From Salpingoeca rosetta (Eukaryota; Protista; Choanoflagellata): DNA of 64,000 nucleotides. The notes below the pieces were generated by a model. That model ran no database searches, was not told where the DNA came from, and saw nothing but the letters and a program-made list of their open reading frames with translations. Position 1 is the stretch's first letter. Each line of letters opens with the position of its first letter. Shown here one piece after another: positions 36,436 through 49,066 of the stretch. Both the position numbers and the translations under genes were made by a program. Location of the stretch: positions 453,450-517,449 of the forward strand of contig JAWQFM010000028.1 in the NCBI GenBank assembly GCA_033442325.1, written 5' to 3'.

Positions 36436-37066
36436 TGCTGATGTTGTGTTCTCCCACATGTGCACACACGCGGTTGTGCACCGCACTCCCTCACTTGTGC
36501 CGACTCAGCCGCTCGTTTGTTGGAAGTCATGTCAACTGGCGAAAGGATGAGTGAATGGGTTTTACTGCCAAATCAAATACGAACACGCTGTGCACGAGCA
36601 CGCGTGATGGGGAAAGGGCAGTGAAGATGTGGGCAAGGCAATCAATGAGTGAACGAACACACGGGCGGGAACCAGCCCGCACCAGAAACGACACAATACA
36701 CACACGCACACACACATGTGGGTGGAAAATGAGGCGATTAAGCAAGAGTATGCAACAAGCTGCACTGCTGCAAGAATAAAAGCAAGGTGCACATCGCAGC
36801 ATGCACATTAGAACAGATGAGAACAGGTGGGGACGGTGATGGGAAAGGGGGGCGTTTGTCCCTGACTTGTGGGTGGGCCAGGATATGGGGGGAAAGCAAG
36901 GCAGTACATGGTGTCTTTCTGTTGCTGTTACCGCCGCAGGGGCTGTAACACATGTGTTGTGTTGGAGGAAGCAGTGATGGCATGATGGCAGGAATGATGC
37001 AACCAAGCACACTGGTCATCGTCATCATCATCGTCATCATCATCGTCATCATCATCATCATCATCA

Positions 37067-37291
37067 TCAGTGGTCTGCTGTGGCATCCTCGTCGTCCGTC
37101 TCGAGCGACGATGAAAGCCAGTCCTGGAACGGCAGCAGCTGTTGCCTCAGCGCAGCAAACGCCGTCTGCGGGATATCTGTCAAGGGTTGCTGTCGCTTGA
37201 TCCAGTTTAGCACAACCTCGCCCTACATGTACGTGTATGATGAGTGTGTTGTGCATGAGTGTGTGTTGTGTTGTGTGTGTTGTGGTGTGTG

Positions 37292-37330
<39 letters not shown>

Positions 37331-38420
37331 GTGTATGTGTGTGTGTTGTGCATGATTGTGTGTGTGGGGGGGGATGGGAGAAAAGAAGGGGGAATTGAGA
37401 AGAAGGAGGAATTGTGCGTGCGAGGAAGTGAACGGTGGACTGTGGTGGATGGGATGGATGGTAATGGGGAGGGGCGAGCGCCAATGCCAAACACACATCC
37501 AAGGAACTGCAGCCGAATACAAGATAAATACACACGCATCATCGGACACATACACGCACAGACACGCGATCAACAGACTTGTACACACAAACACAACAGC
37601 ACAACCACAAACAGCCAACCAATGACACATACACAGCACCAGCAGCATCAGCAGCACACCTCCAGGCCGCCTGCTTGCAGCTGTGTATAGAGCAGCTGGG
37701 TGAGACACTGCGCCTTGTCGCCGGAGAAGGATTCGCGGGCATACAGGCGCTCCAGGCACGCGAGGAAATTGCGTTGGCCGCGCAGGAACATGGACCCGTT
37801 GCGCTTCTGGTTGCGCTCGTCCAAGGTGATGAGGCGCGTCAGCAGCGGCGACAGCAGCACCAGCCGCTCTGTGTGGTCGCGTGACGCGTAGCACAGCGAG
37901 CGCACGCACTTGTTGTTGGTGGACCCCTTTACGCGCCTGTGCTCCAGGATGATGCCCACCAACTCCTGTATCGCAGCCTCGTTGAAGTCCTCTGCGGTAT
38001 ATCCGTTGTGTTGGCACGCGCACGCGTAAGAAAGTTGCAAGAGTGAGAAGGTACAGAAGGGAGGGACCATGCATACCCAGGCATGCCAGTATACCGTGGC
38101 AGTGCAACGCAAAGGAAAGGAAAGGAAAGGGAAGGGTGCCACGACCAGCAAGCTCACCACGACCAGCAAGCTCACCACGACCAGCAAGGACGCCGAGCAG
38201 ATGCACACACCGCACAACACAACAGGACACAACACAACAACAACAACAACAACAACAACGTGACACAACACAACAACACCAACAACACACCTTTTGAGAC
38301 GACGTTGTTCAAGATGCTGCTGAGGCGGTCGGTGGCAGACGTGTCGTCACTCAGGCGGCGAATCGCCTCAGACATTTCACTCACGTTCATGGTCATCTTT
38401 GAGTGTCCGGTCGTTGACAT
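37067..38420 (-). CDS. Stand-alone W2 (eIF4G/eIF5/eIF2B-epsilon C-terminal, eIF5C) domain protein, ~205 aa
   Basis: Exons 38420-38291, 37991-37660, 37222-37067 splice in frame (618 nt). GQRNFLACLERL...LLYTQLQAGGLEGEVVLNW...LRQQLLPFQDWLSSSLETDDED resembles W2 AA-boxes 1 and 2. Confidence 0.7.
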
Positions 38421-39243
38421 GAAGAGGGGTGTCTGCTGTAAATGAACAAGCGTGACGGTGTGATGTATGATGAGCGAAGATGCGTGTTGTTGTTGTTGTT
38501 ATTTTGGATGTGAGACAAGTGTGAGTGTCTCGCGTCAACTCGCGCGCAGGCAGCGTGAGCAGCAGTGTGAAGTGGCAGTACCTCTGTTATCTGCGTTGGT
38601 GAGCTTGGTTGGCGTTGTCAAAGAAGAGCAGGCAGCTGGCCAGGTCGAGCGGCAAGCACAGGAAGGAAATGCGCAGCCACTCCTCCTCCTGTCTTTTGTT
38701 GGGAACGATGTGCGTAAGCGCGAGATTGCGTTGGGGTCGAACGCGTTCCACTATATTTTCGTATGTCGCATCCAAGGGAAAATGCGTGGAATTCCGCCAC
38801 AACGCATGTCAGTGTGTCGCAACACCACAAACAGTGGTGTCCTTGAGTGGTCCTCCAACGGTTGTGCTTGTCGTGCCAACTCAGTCAGTGTCCTGGTTGG
38901 TTGCTTGTTCCCTTCGCTTGTTCAGTTGTTCGCTTCGCTTTGCTTCGCACGGGCGAATATGAGCGCCGTTTTGTTTACATGCGATGTGAATCCGTTGCTT
39001 CTCCTCTTCTCCCTCGCTGCGATTTAACGATTCGAGCCGTGTCGTGTCCAAGTTCAGAAGATGTTCGAAGGTCGTTTTACTTTCACATGCGAAGATGGAA
39101 GTGCTGCAGAAGTGGCTGGGAATCAAGCCGGCCGTCGTCATCATGTCACTGTTAACCGCATGCCTAACACACATACACGCACATACAAACACGCACACAC
39201 ATATGCACATGCACACTGCGACCCTGCGCACACACGCCAACTG

Positions 39244-42200
39244 CTAGTCCTCTTGGTGGGTGATACAGCAGTGCTGGGGCAACGTAATGTCCCTTGTTGC
39301 CTGTCGCGAGCGCTTGCTTCGCTGCTGCTGTCGCTGTTGCGAACTGCCGTCGTCATCGTCGTCATCGCTGGCATCGTCTTCACGCTGCTGCTGGCCTTGT
39401 TGTTTGCCCCGGCCATGGCTGCTACTGTCCGTCTCATCAGCTGACGAGTCCTGTTTGTTGCAGCAACACAACAAATGCAGGAAGAAGGTGAGGACTGGCA
39501 GTAGGTGGTCGAACAGTGGACGAGAGATCTCACGACGTCATCAGAAGACCCGAGAAGGGAGGGGGGGGGTAGTTGGGACTGAAATGTTCACATGTGCAAC
39601 ACATATGCAACACATGCACACGCACACACTCATCCCTTCCTCCTCCTCTTCCATTGATTTCAATCGCTCCTCCCATCCCTCCTGGCTGTCGTCACAATGT
39701 TCTCACCGCAGCTTAGCACCACTACCACCACCACTGCTGCTGCTGCTGCTCCTCCTCCTCTTTCCCTTTCTCTCCGCCCACTGGAGCACGAGTGGCAATT
39801 CGCCTTACATAACGACGAACCTGCTCTTGTTCTTGCTGCTGCGAGCGCTTGCGCCGCTCCATATACTCAGTGATGTCCACGCCCTTGTCGTACGCTGCAC
39901 GCAGCTCATCGTCCATCAGCACCTCGTACGCCTGATGCAGCGGGGTGGTGGGGAGGACGAGTGTGTTGGTGGTGATTTGCAATCAGTGCAGTGCATGCGT
40001 CCGACACGTATGTGTGTGTGCGCGCGCGCAAGATCTCGTGATATGCGCAGGCTACATTTGAAAGCGTACGCAAGAATGCGTGCAAGCACACACGCAGGCA
40101 CACACACACACGCGCGCGCACACACAAACACATTCAAGCACGTCCGAATGCGTACAAGCACACACACACACACATACAAACACACACACACACCTCGACA
40201 ATGTCGAGGAACTTCTGTTCTGCGTCTGGGTGTTTGTTCTTGTCTGGATGCCAAACGCGCACGAGGCGGCGATACGCCCGTCGAATCACTGCCGTGCTCG
40301 CACCCCTTTTGCGTGTTGGAAGAAAGGAAGAGTTGATGGAGCGTACAGACAGAGCCGATGAGAGGGGAACATGAGAAGCGGAGGTGGAAGAGGTGAGGGT
40401 GTGACTGGGAGTGTGTTGCACTTGCGTGGGGATGCCAGGCGGAACGTCAGAAACGAAAGAACTGTCTCTTGTGCGCTCATGCATACAACATACGCACACA
40501 CGCACACACTTAGACACACACACACGCGCAACGCACTTGGGCACGCCGAGGATGCTGTAGTAGTCCTTGGTGGTGGCCTCCTTGACAGCAAGTTCAATCT
40601 TGCGCTGGAGCACCAGAAGTTTCATGTCGTGTGGCGAAATGCGGCGCGCACGTTTCACGTCGCGAAGCGCGTTTGAAAACATCTGCAGGGACAGTGATGA
40701 CGGAAAACAGCAACAGAGCAACGACAATGGTGGTGGTGGTTTTGGTGGTGGTGATGGTGGTGATGGCAACAGCATGAGAACACAAATTCACGTGTTAACC
40801 ACGTTGAGGGAGAATGACTGGAAGAACCCATTGCTTGTGCTATGCATATGCACACAAACGAACACGTGCACGCAACCATACCTCCTTTGTGAGGAAGGCC
40901 CACGCTCGATACATGAGCAAATGAACCACAAACTGGCTGTTCTCCTGCAGGCGAACGTCTTCCAACGCGCGGGTGCAACTGCACACAGACACATTTGGAC
41001 AGTGGGTGACACATTACAGTGAGTGCGAGGGTTTGGGACACAACTCAACGCTGGGAGCACACTTGCAGGCACATTCAATCATGTTGCCCCAGTTTCCGGG
41101 GTGCTTGTTCGTAACACATTATCTATCACGATGTTGCACCATGCCATGCCACGGCAACCAAACCTGTGGAGGGCAGCGTCAATTCTGTTGACGAAGAAGT
41201 GCAGTTCGCACAACTCCTGCAGCGCCGTCAGTGCCATCTCGCTGTGCGCATCCAATGCGAGCTGTGGAAACCAGAAGGACATAAGGCAACAGGGTGTCGG
41301 TGGGTGAACTGATCTCACGCACGCACACGCGCAAACACACACACACACATACACACACAGTCACACACAGTCACACACAGTCACACAAACACAAGACACG
41401 CAAACACACAAACAGACACACAAACAGACGCACACAGACACACAACGCATGAAAGCAAGCACATGCACACCAGAGTATCAAATGCATGAATGGCACGCAA
41501 AAACTCCCGCTGGTCCTTAAACTGTTTGGCCTCCGCCGCCAGCGACAGCACACGTCGCATCATCTGTTCCTCACGCTTGCACAGCTGTCGGGCACCCGCA
41601 TCGGGCCTTGATCGATGCCAAAGGCACGCCAGTAGCAGCAAGCAGCAGAAGTGAAGCAAATGTAGTTGTGTGCATGGGTGAGTGGTAGTCCAAAACCAAC
41701 CACACACACACACACACGCACACACGCACACACACACGCACACACACACGCACACACACACAACCGCAATTTGCAGAAGTAGGGCAAACTCCCGTTCCAC
41801 GGCGAGAAATACACACGTGGAAATTCTGATGCACTTGGCAAGGACGGTCGCCGCCACCTCTGTGTTGCCGAGCAAACGCCAGTGAATGGCGCCATGTAGT
41901 CGAAGCGTTCTGGCATCCGCTTTGTCAAGGCGCACCAGCATGCTCGCATCCGCCAACGCCGCGCTGGCGTTGCCTGCAAGCAATGAAATTGGAGGGGGGA
42001 GGTGTGACAATGTGAGCGCGTGTGTGAAGGACAATGACAGGTTAGCAACTGTAAACACCAAAGGTGTGGACAATCAAGCGACCGCAAAACAAACCAAACA
42101 TGCACACACACGACACACACACACACACGACACGCACACGACACACACACGACACATACACGACACGCACACGACACACACATACACACGATACACACAC

Positions 42201-45200
42201 GACACATACACGACACGCACACGACATACACATACACACGACACACAGTCTTGTGTTCCTCCGTGTACCATGTCTGAGATGGCACTCGGCGCGCCACCGT
42301 CGATATGTAGCGCTGGCTGGGGCATCGACCAACACTGCTGACAGCGCGGTGATGGTGGCTGGTGAGCACATGTCCGTTGCTGACTCATCCACGTCGCCAG
42401 ACGATGAGAGCATATCAGTGAGCGTCTGTAATACTTCGAGGCCACGCGACGCCCGCGCTTCCAGTGCGCTCACTTGCGCATGTGTTGTTCTCGATGGCGT
42501 TTCTCCCCACAGCGCCAACAGCTGACGCAGCTCATTGCTTGCAAGCAAAGCCTCTTGGAATCGGCCCACCTTGCCCAGCACGTCAAGCAAGAGAAGATTC
42601 AGTGTCAGCTGCACTTGTTGCACAATTGCAACCGCCTTTGCACTCTGCTGCTGTGGTTGTTGTTGGTACTGTGGTTGCGCGTTTGCCATGAGAGCTGCGA
42701 CTGGGTTGCGCTCCAAGCTGAGGAGCATATATCGCAGCAAGGCCACGGCACCGTCAAACTCATACGCGCGCAGCAGCGCGTGCACATGTGCGAGCTGGCG
42801 TGTCACATCTCTGCTCAGCACGTGTGCTTGCTTCTCCTCCTCCAGCAAGCGACCAACACTTAACGCAATCAGCCTGTCCTCGAAAGATACATCGTCGATA
42901 TGCGCTTGTCCGCTACTGCCACCTCGGCTGCCATTGCTGTTGTCGCCATCGCTGCTGCTGCTGCTGCTGCTGCTGCTCTCATCGCTGTTGCTGCGATGCT
43001 GGCCAGAGCGATACACATACCCGCAGACCAACACAGCAGCGTCGTCAGCGCTGTCGCCACCATCAATGTTGTCGGCGTTGCTCGAGACTCGATCCATCTC
43101 AACTTCATCGGTACCATCAGGAGCATCATCATCATCTGGGTTCCCGTCCTCCATGACGTCAATGCTGAACTTGAAGGAGCAACCAACAGCATCCGCGTTG
43201 CTTGCATGCATGGATACAGCAAACGATGATGATGACGACGACAGCGGTGGTGCCGCTGCCTTTGCACCACCATCCTCGATTCTGCACGACAAAGCGTCGA
43301 GCACCGTGGGAACGCAGATGGAGGTGCCAGCGTCCGTGTGCTCATCATCAGCTGAAGCGCGCTTCGGTGGTCCGCCCGCGTTGTGTTTGTCGCTGCTACC
43401 ACACTCACCATCATCATCCACGGTGTACACACCACGAGGAGCCGTGGTGAGTATGCAGTCATATCGCCGCGTCGCGTCAAGGAGAGAATGCACCGGCTGT
43501 CCGCACGAAACCTGTGGATTTGCAGGTGACAAGTGTTGGCGAGGTTTAAGATGAGTGGGGATCAGAAAGCATCTAACACGACAGGGACATTAACGGCCAA
43601 GATGTGAAGAATGGGGGAATAAGGAAAGCTGATGCTCCTGTGAAACTTCGCACACACACACATACACACGCACACGCACGCACACATGAACATACACACA
43701 GACACGCACACACATACGCACAACACACGCACACACATACACACAACACACACACCCTGTATAACAGAGCACGTGTGCGGTTATACCTGCACGTCTGTGG
43801 AAGACCAGCGCGGAAAGACTGCAATGACAGGTGTGTTGAGCACATCCAATTCATGGTCGTCACCCTCATCACCACCCTCTTCTCCTTCCCCACCATCACC
43901 ACCACTCTGCCGCTGAGGGAGGAGCGGTGTCACGACGACTGCGGTGAACAGGCGCTCGTGGCCAGAGGTGGAATGGTTGGCCGTCACCTCAAAGTGAATG
44001 TCGCGTTCGCTGAGTGCATCGATTTCATCACTGCTGTTGCTGCTGTTGTCGTCGTGGCTGGCGCCCGTGCCCAGATTGACAGCGGGTGGCGGCAGCATGC
44101 GCAGTGACACGTGCGTGATGGCATCGAGGTCTGGCTGCAGCTGGAAATCGGATCCGCTCGCCGCTGTTGGCAACCCGGCATGGCGCGGCCGAATGATGCA
44201 ATGCAAGGGCGACCCGGCCACCGCAGTGTTGCTGCAATATGTGTGCATGTGTGGGGGGGGGGGTGCGTGTGTGCGCGTGTGCGTGTGTACATGTGCACAT
44301 GTGTGTGTGTGCGTGTGTGTACATGTGTGTGCGTGCATGTGTGTGCGTGCATGTGTGTGCGTGAGTGGGGTGGTGTGTGTATGTATGTGTGGTGTCATGA
44401 CGTGCAAGAGCACAACGTCGCGAGATAGACATTTGCAGCTTCACCATTACCACGCACCTGTCGCAGACGATAACGCTGGTAAAATCGGGTGGTCCATACT
44501 GGCAAAATTCCCCCTTCCAGCCCTTGTGACATGTGCACACGTTCGCGCCAATGCACCGCCCGTGCTTGTTGCAGTCATTCTCACAGGCAAATCCGACCTG
44601 AGAGTGTGTATGAGTGGGCGTCAGCGAGTGAGTGAGTGTGCGCGCATGTTTGTGTCCATATGTGTGAGCACAGTAAGTAGCTGCATACGCTCGTGTGATT
44701 TCTGCTGAGCTAGCGGGCAGAAGCACACGCGCACACACGAACAAACAGGCGAAGAAGAATGTCATACGCACAGACGAATGTCACAAGTCACAAACACAAA
44801 CTCACGTACCAGGAACGAGGCTGGCCTCTGCTTCTCGAGCTCAAACACGTGTGACGTGTCTGTGGTGTTGTTGTCAATGGCAGTGATAAGCCGGCTGTCC
44901 TTGTTCAGCAGCTTCACCCGGTAGCCTGCAAGCATAAGCAACGGTGAAGGCAAACATGAAAAACAGAACACACCACGCACGTGCGCCTATACACGCACTC
45001 TCATGTGCACACGCACACAGAGTCATACACACCCGCACACGCACACGCACACGCACACGCACATGTACACGCACACGCACAAGCACACGCACACGCACAC
45101 GCACACGCACACGCACACGTACCTGGGCGAGCGATAAAGATGGAGCCCAGGCCTTCAGCGGGCACATCGTACAGCCCGAGTGTGTAGTACTGGCAGTGCC

Positions 45201-45403
45201 CGTGGTAGAGCGGTCGTGGGCAGAACACGACACCGCGGAGTTGGGACCATGGCATCCATGTTATGCTCGCGTGCGTAAACTCGGATGGCTCAAGGCCACC
45301 ACGTACATCTCGCACAAGCAGTCGACCGCCAGCTACAGTGGTGGTGTGTAAGTAAGTGCGCGCGTGTGTGTATGTGTGTGTGTGTATGTGTGTGTGTGTG
45401 TGG

Positions 45404-45443
<40 letters not shown>

Positions 45444-48400
45444 ATGTGAGGGGTCGGAAGACATTTATTCACTTGTGATATTTCCACTTTTACCCTCCAC
45501 AAACACAGTGCATACATGCACACACACACGCACACGCACACACACACACACACACACACCTTGCCTGTCGCCATGGTGCAGGAATACACGGCTGCCTGCG
45601 GGGATGCGAAGAGACGCAATTGTGTCTGATGTGGAGGGATCCTCATGAAACTGTGCAGCCGTGACAACACGTCAGGATGTGAGGCACAATTAACAGCGAG
45701 TGGCAAGCAGTCACCACTGGGATTCATACGAACAACGACGCGCGTACACTTACCCCAACACAAACTCAACACACACGCCCACTCATACGCACATGCTCTC
45801 GAGTGCAGGATGGAGGTTCTAGTGTAACTCACATGAAACAAGGAGGCAATGGGTGTTTGGTAGATGTTTGGAGCAGCGATGGTTGGCAGCTTGATCTCCC
45901 GTCCTTGAAAGTCTTCCTCGGAAAACGCAGACACGGAGGACGGCGCACTCTTGCTTGGCAGGTGCACGGAGGGCTGCAGCGCCAGTGCTTGCAGGCATTG
46001 CACCTGTCGTGAAAGCAAAAAAAGGAGAGGGGATGAGGACACCAAACACAGCAAACACACGCACACGCACGCGCACACACGCACGCACGCACACAGATAT
46101 GAGGTGCTAAGTCGTTGGAACCTCAAACATCATTTGAACAGGAAGAGCAAAACCATCAACCACCACGATCCAGCTTGCGTGCATCACCACCCCCAATCAA
46201 TTGCTGCACCTGTGCGCCGTTTGTGAATGTTGACGCGTTGTTGGTTGAGCCAGCAAGGTCTGCAAGCACTTCATCGCACTTCCAGCCACCGTACAACACA
46301 GCCTGTGCAGTCACCAAGGCGAGTGCATGGGGGTGGTATTGGGTTAATAGTTGAGCAGCACAGGTGGACAAACAGCACCAGCAGCACCAGCAGCACCAGC
46401 AGTGGCCAAAGCATATTTCTTCACAAATGACACATACACACGCACACACAAAATACACACACAAACAACAAACATGACGTACGTGATAGCCTGGCTTGAG
46501 GAGGATGGAGTGCACTGGCTGTCGGAGGCGATGCTTGCCGCAACACGAGAAGCCACTTGATCTGCCTCTCCACTCGCTGTCTGCAAACACGCGCAGCACA
46601 TCCTTGTTGTGTGTGTGTGTGTGCGTGTGTGCGTGTGTGCGTGCGTGGGTGGGTGGGTGTGCAAGTACATGCTTTCAATGTGAATATATGGCGGAATGAA
46701 GGGCGATGCGTGGGTGTGACAAGCAGTCGTGATGTATGATCCATACGTGTCACCCGTCAAGCCTCCAACAGCGATGCAAGTGCTGTGGGGCCAGACCTGG
46801 CGTTGTGACGACGATGCACTTGTGTGCGTTGACGAACGGCGCTGTCGTTTGTGTTCTTGCCCCTGCTGCTGTTGTCGTTGTTTCAGTTTTGCGCGTAGCT
46901 CTTCCACGCGTTCAATGTGTGCAGCTTCTGTGAAACGCCGAGCAGCACAACGGCCCATGGTTGGTTCATGCAGTGTCACCAATATTGTGTGTGTGTGTGT
47001 GTGTGTGTATGTGGAGTCACAGTCGATTCAACTGTGTGCATGATGTGGCTTCACCTTTGCTTGTTGCTGCTCGTGTCTGCGATGAAGAAGGTGCATCCAC
47101 AACGGATGGCTTGACGCGTGCCTCTGCCGGCTGCGCCAACAGCGCCAACATGTCGCCATGAAACACCTGTAAATATCAGGCCAAAGTACGCGACCGCGTG
47201 TCGGTGGTTGTGCTTGTGCGTGAGTGCACATGAGTGTGAAAGCAAATTTACACGTGTACGTGTGAGAGGCTGCTGTCGAATGCACAGCACCACACGTGCA
47301 ACAAGGCGGCACATGCTGACCTGAAAAGCGGAATCTTGACAGGGTGCCAGCCTCAGCGCTGTGCTGAGGGTGGCTCGCATATTTCCGTCCAGACACAAGT
47401 GCGGATACTGGAGCGACTGGATGGCATAGCCTTTCACCATCCCACCGCCTGCATACACACATTCACCAGCAAACATACGCCACAACAACAAACATGCATG
47501 CACACAGTGCCAGTGTGCAAGAAACAAGGTGTTGTGTCACTGAACGCGCATCCGTAGCCTAATGGCGCAAAGCCCAGATCAGGCAGTCGCATCAAACTGT
47601 CTTACGTTCGGCAAACGATGTCTTGAAGATGTAGAAGCGCTGCAGAGCGGAAGATGAGCATGGTGCAAGATGAACAGATGCGGTTTCTTCCAAACTGTCC
47701 ACTGATGCCCACACGCACACACACACACACGCACAGAAAGGCTGGGGTGAGGGTAGAGACGATCATGATCGTTCTTGGTCAGACGGTGCAGGGTATTAGG
47801 TGTAGCCATGCAGCCATATGTTTGCGTGCATGCGTGGCGTGTCACAGCACCACACCTGCTGCGTCGATGGCGACACACGAAGGCGAGTCTTCCAGCCGCA
47901 AGACGATCGCGTTGATGTCTTCTGGTTGGGGCTGCAGTGCCCACCACTGATCTGCACTGTCCACGTGACAAGGATGCAGCTGCACTCCGCCTGCCGTGCA
48001 GCGGTGCGTACACCAGGGACACAGAGGTAAGGAGATAGGTTGCACCATGAGCAGCACTTTGGGCTGCTTTGCATCACACATGGGCATGTGTATCTGCAGA
48101 GAGTCCATGCACAAGCATGCACAAGCATGCGCACGCACGCACGCAGGCATAGCAGACACGCAAGCACACATGCACACGCAAGCACACAAGCAAGCACACA
48201 CGCATGCACACAAGCTTGCACACAAGCAAGCACGCATATGCACACACACGCCACATCAGTCCTCACCGTGATGGGTTGCTTGCAAGCAAGCCCGCATGCC
48301 GCCGTGCAACCGTAGCTGCGTTGCTGGAACCCCAAACCCGTCATCCTGTTGCCGAGGCCGCCGGGCGCGCTGATGCGGGTGCGCTGCGGTTGTTGCACCG

Positions 48401-48471
48401 CTGCTGCTTCCACAACCCGTTGATGCCACCACAACTGCCAGCACCACCAGCCACACAACGATGTGCGCCAT
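39244..48471 (-). CDS. Secretory-pathway multidomain J-protein: signal peptide - ricin-B lectin - beta/gamma-crystallin-like repeats - EGF - uncharacterised region - TPR - DnaJ (DNAJC3/P58IPK-like C-terminus)
   Basis: 23 GT-AG exons stitched with consistent phase. Ricin repeats: CLQ..VQLHPC..DQWW, CVA..VHLAPC..LQRF, CLD..LRLAPC..FQVF. Crystallin-like: VSAFSEEDFQGR...DTIASLRIPAGSRVFLH. EGF: CENDCNKHGRCIGANVCTCHKGWKGEFC. J domain: DYYSILGV...[36 protein letters not shown]. Confidence 0.8.
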
Positions 48472-48565
48472 TGTCGTCTTGCACACAATTCGAACCGTTG
48501 CGCCAAAATATTTATGCTGTCGCGCTGTCCTTCTTCAACGGAGCCGCTGTTCGCGGTCAACAGTG
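48472..48565. promoter_or_regulatory. Putative compact bidirectional promoter
   Basis: 94 nt between divergent ATGs 48471 (-) and 48566 (+). Confidence 0.45.
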
Positions 48566-48723
48566 ATGGTTGTGGTGTTCGTGCTTGCGCTTGTGGTGAT
48601 GGTGGTGGTGGGGCTGATGGTGGAGGACGTGGATGGTGTGCCGTTAAGCCTGAGCCAGAACAACCAGCTTGTCTTTGTGATTGGCGTCCAATATGAGTGA
48701 GTCCGAGTTCCTTGCCTGCATGC

Positions 48724-48765
<42 letters not shown>

Positions 48766-49022
48766 TAGAGCGTGTGTGTGTGTGTATGTGTGTGTGTGTG
48801 TGTGTGCGTGTGTGTGTGTGTGTCGGTTGCAACAGGAACTGCACCGCGTTCATGATGCTGCTGCTTCCAGTCGCCACACTTACCAACTTGACTCACCACA
48901 CCACCAACCTTCAAACCCCAACTGGACAGGGCCATCATGCATGTTATGGACATCCTCGGCCAGCACCCAGAAGTGTCTCTTCTGTCAGGTGTGTGCGTGT
49001 GCATGCGCTTGTGTGCATGTGC

Positions 49023-49066
<44 letters not shown>

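Noticed and set aside
38467-39027. 186-aa repeat-free ORF upstream of the W2 gene
   Set aside because: No recognisable motif or coding-like bias; more likely promoter or UTR sequence.
48500-48507. GCGCCAAA (reverse complement TTTGGCGC), an E2F-like site
   Set aside because: A single 8-mer is too weak without conservation or binding data.
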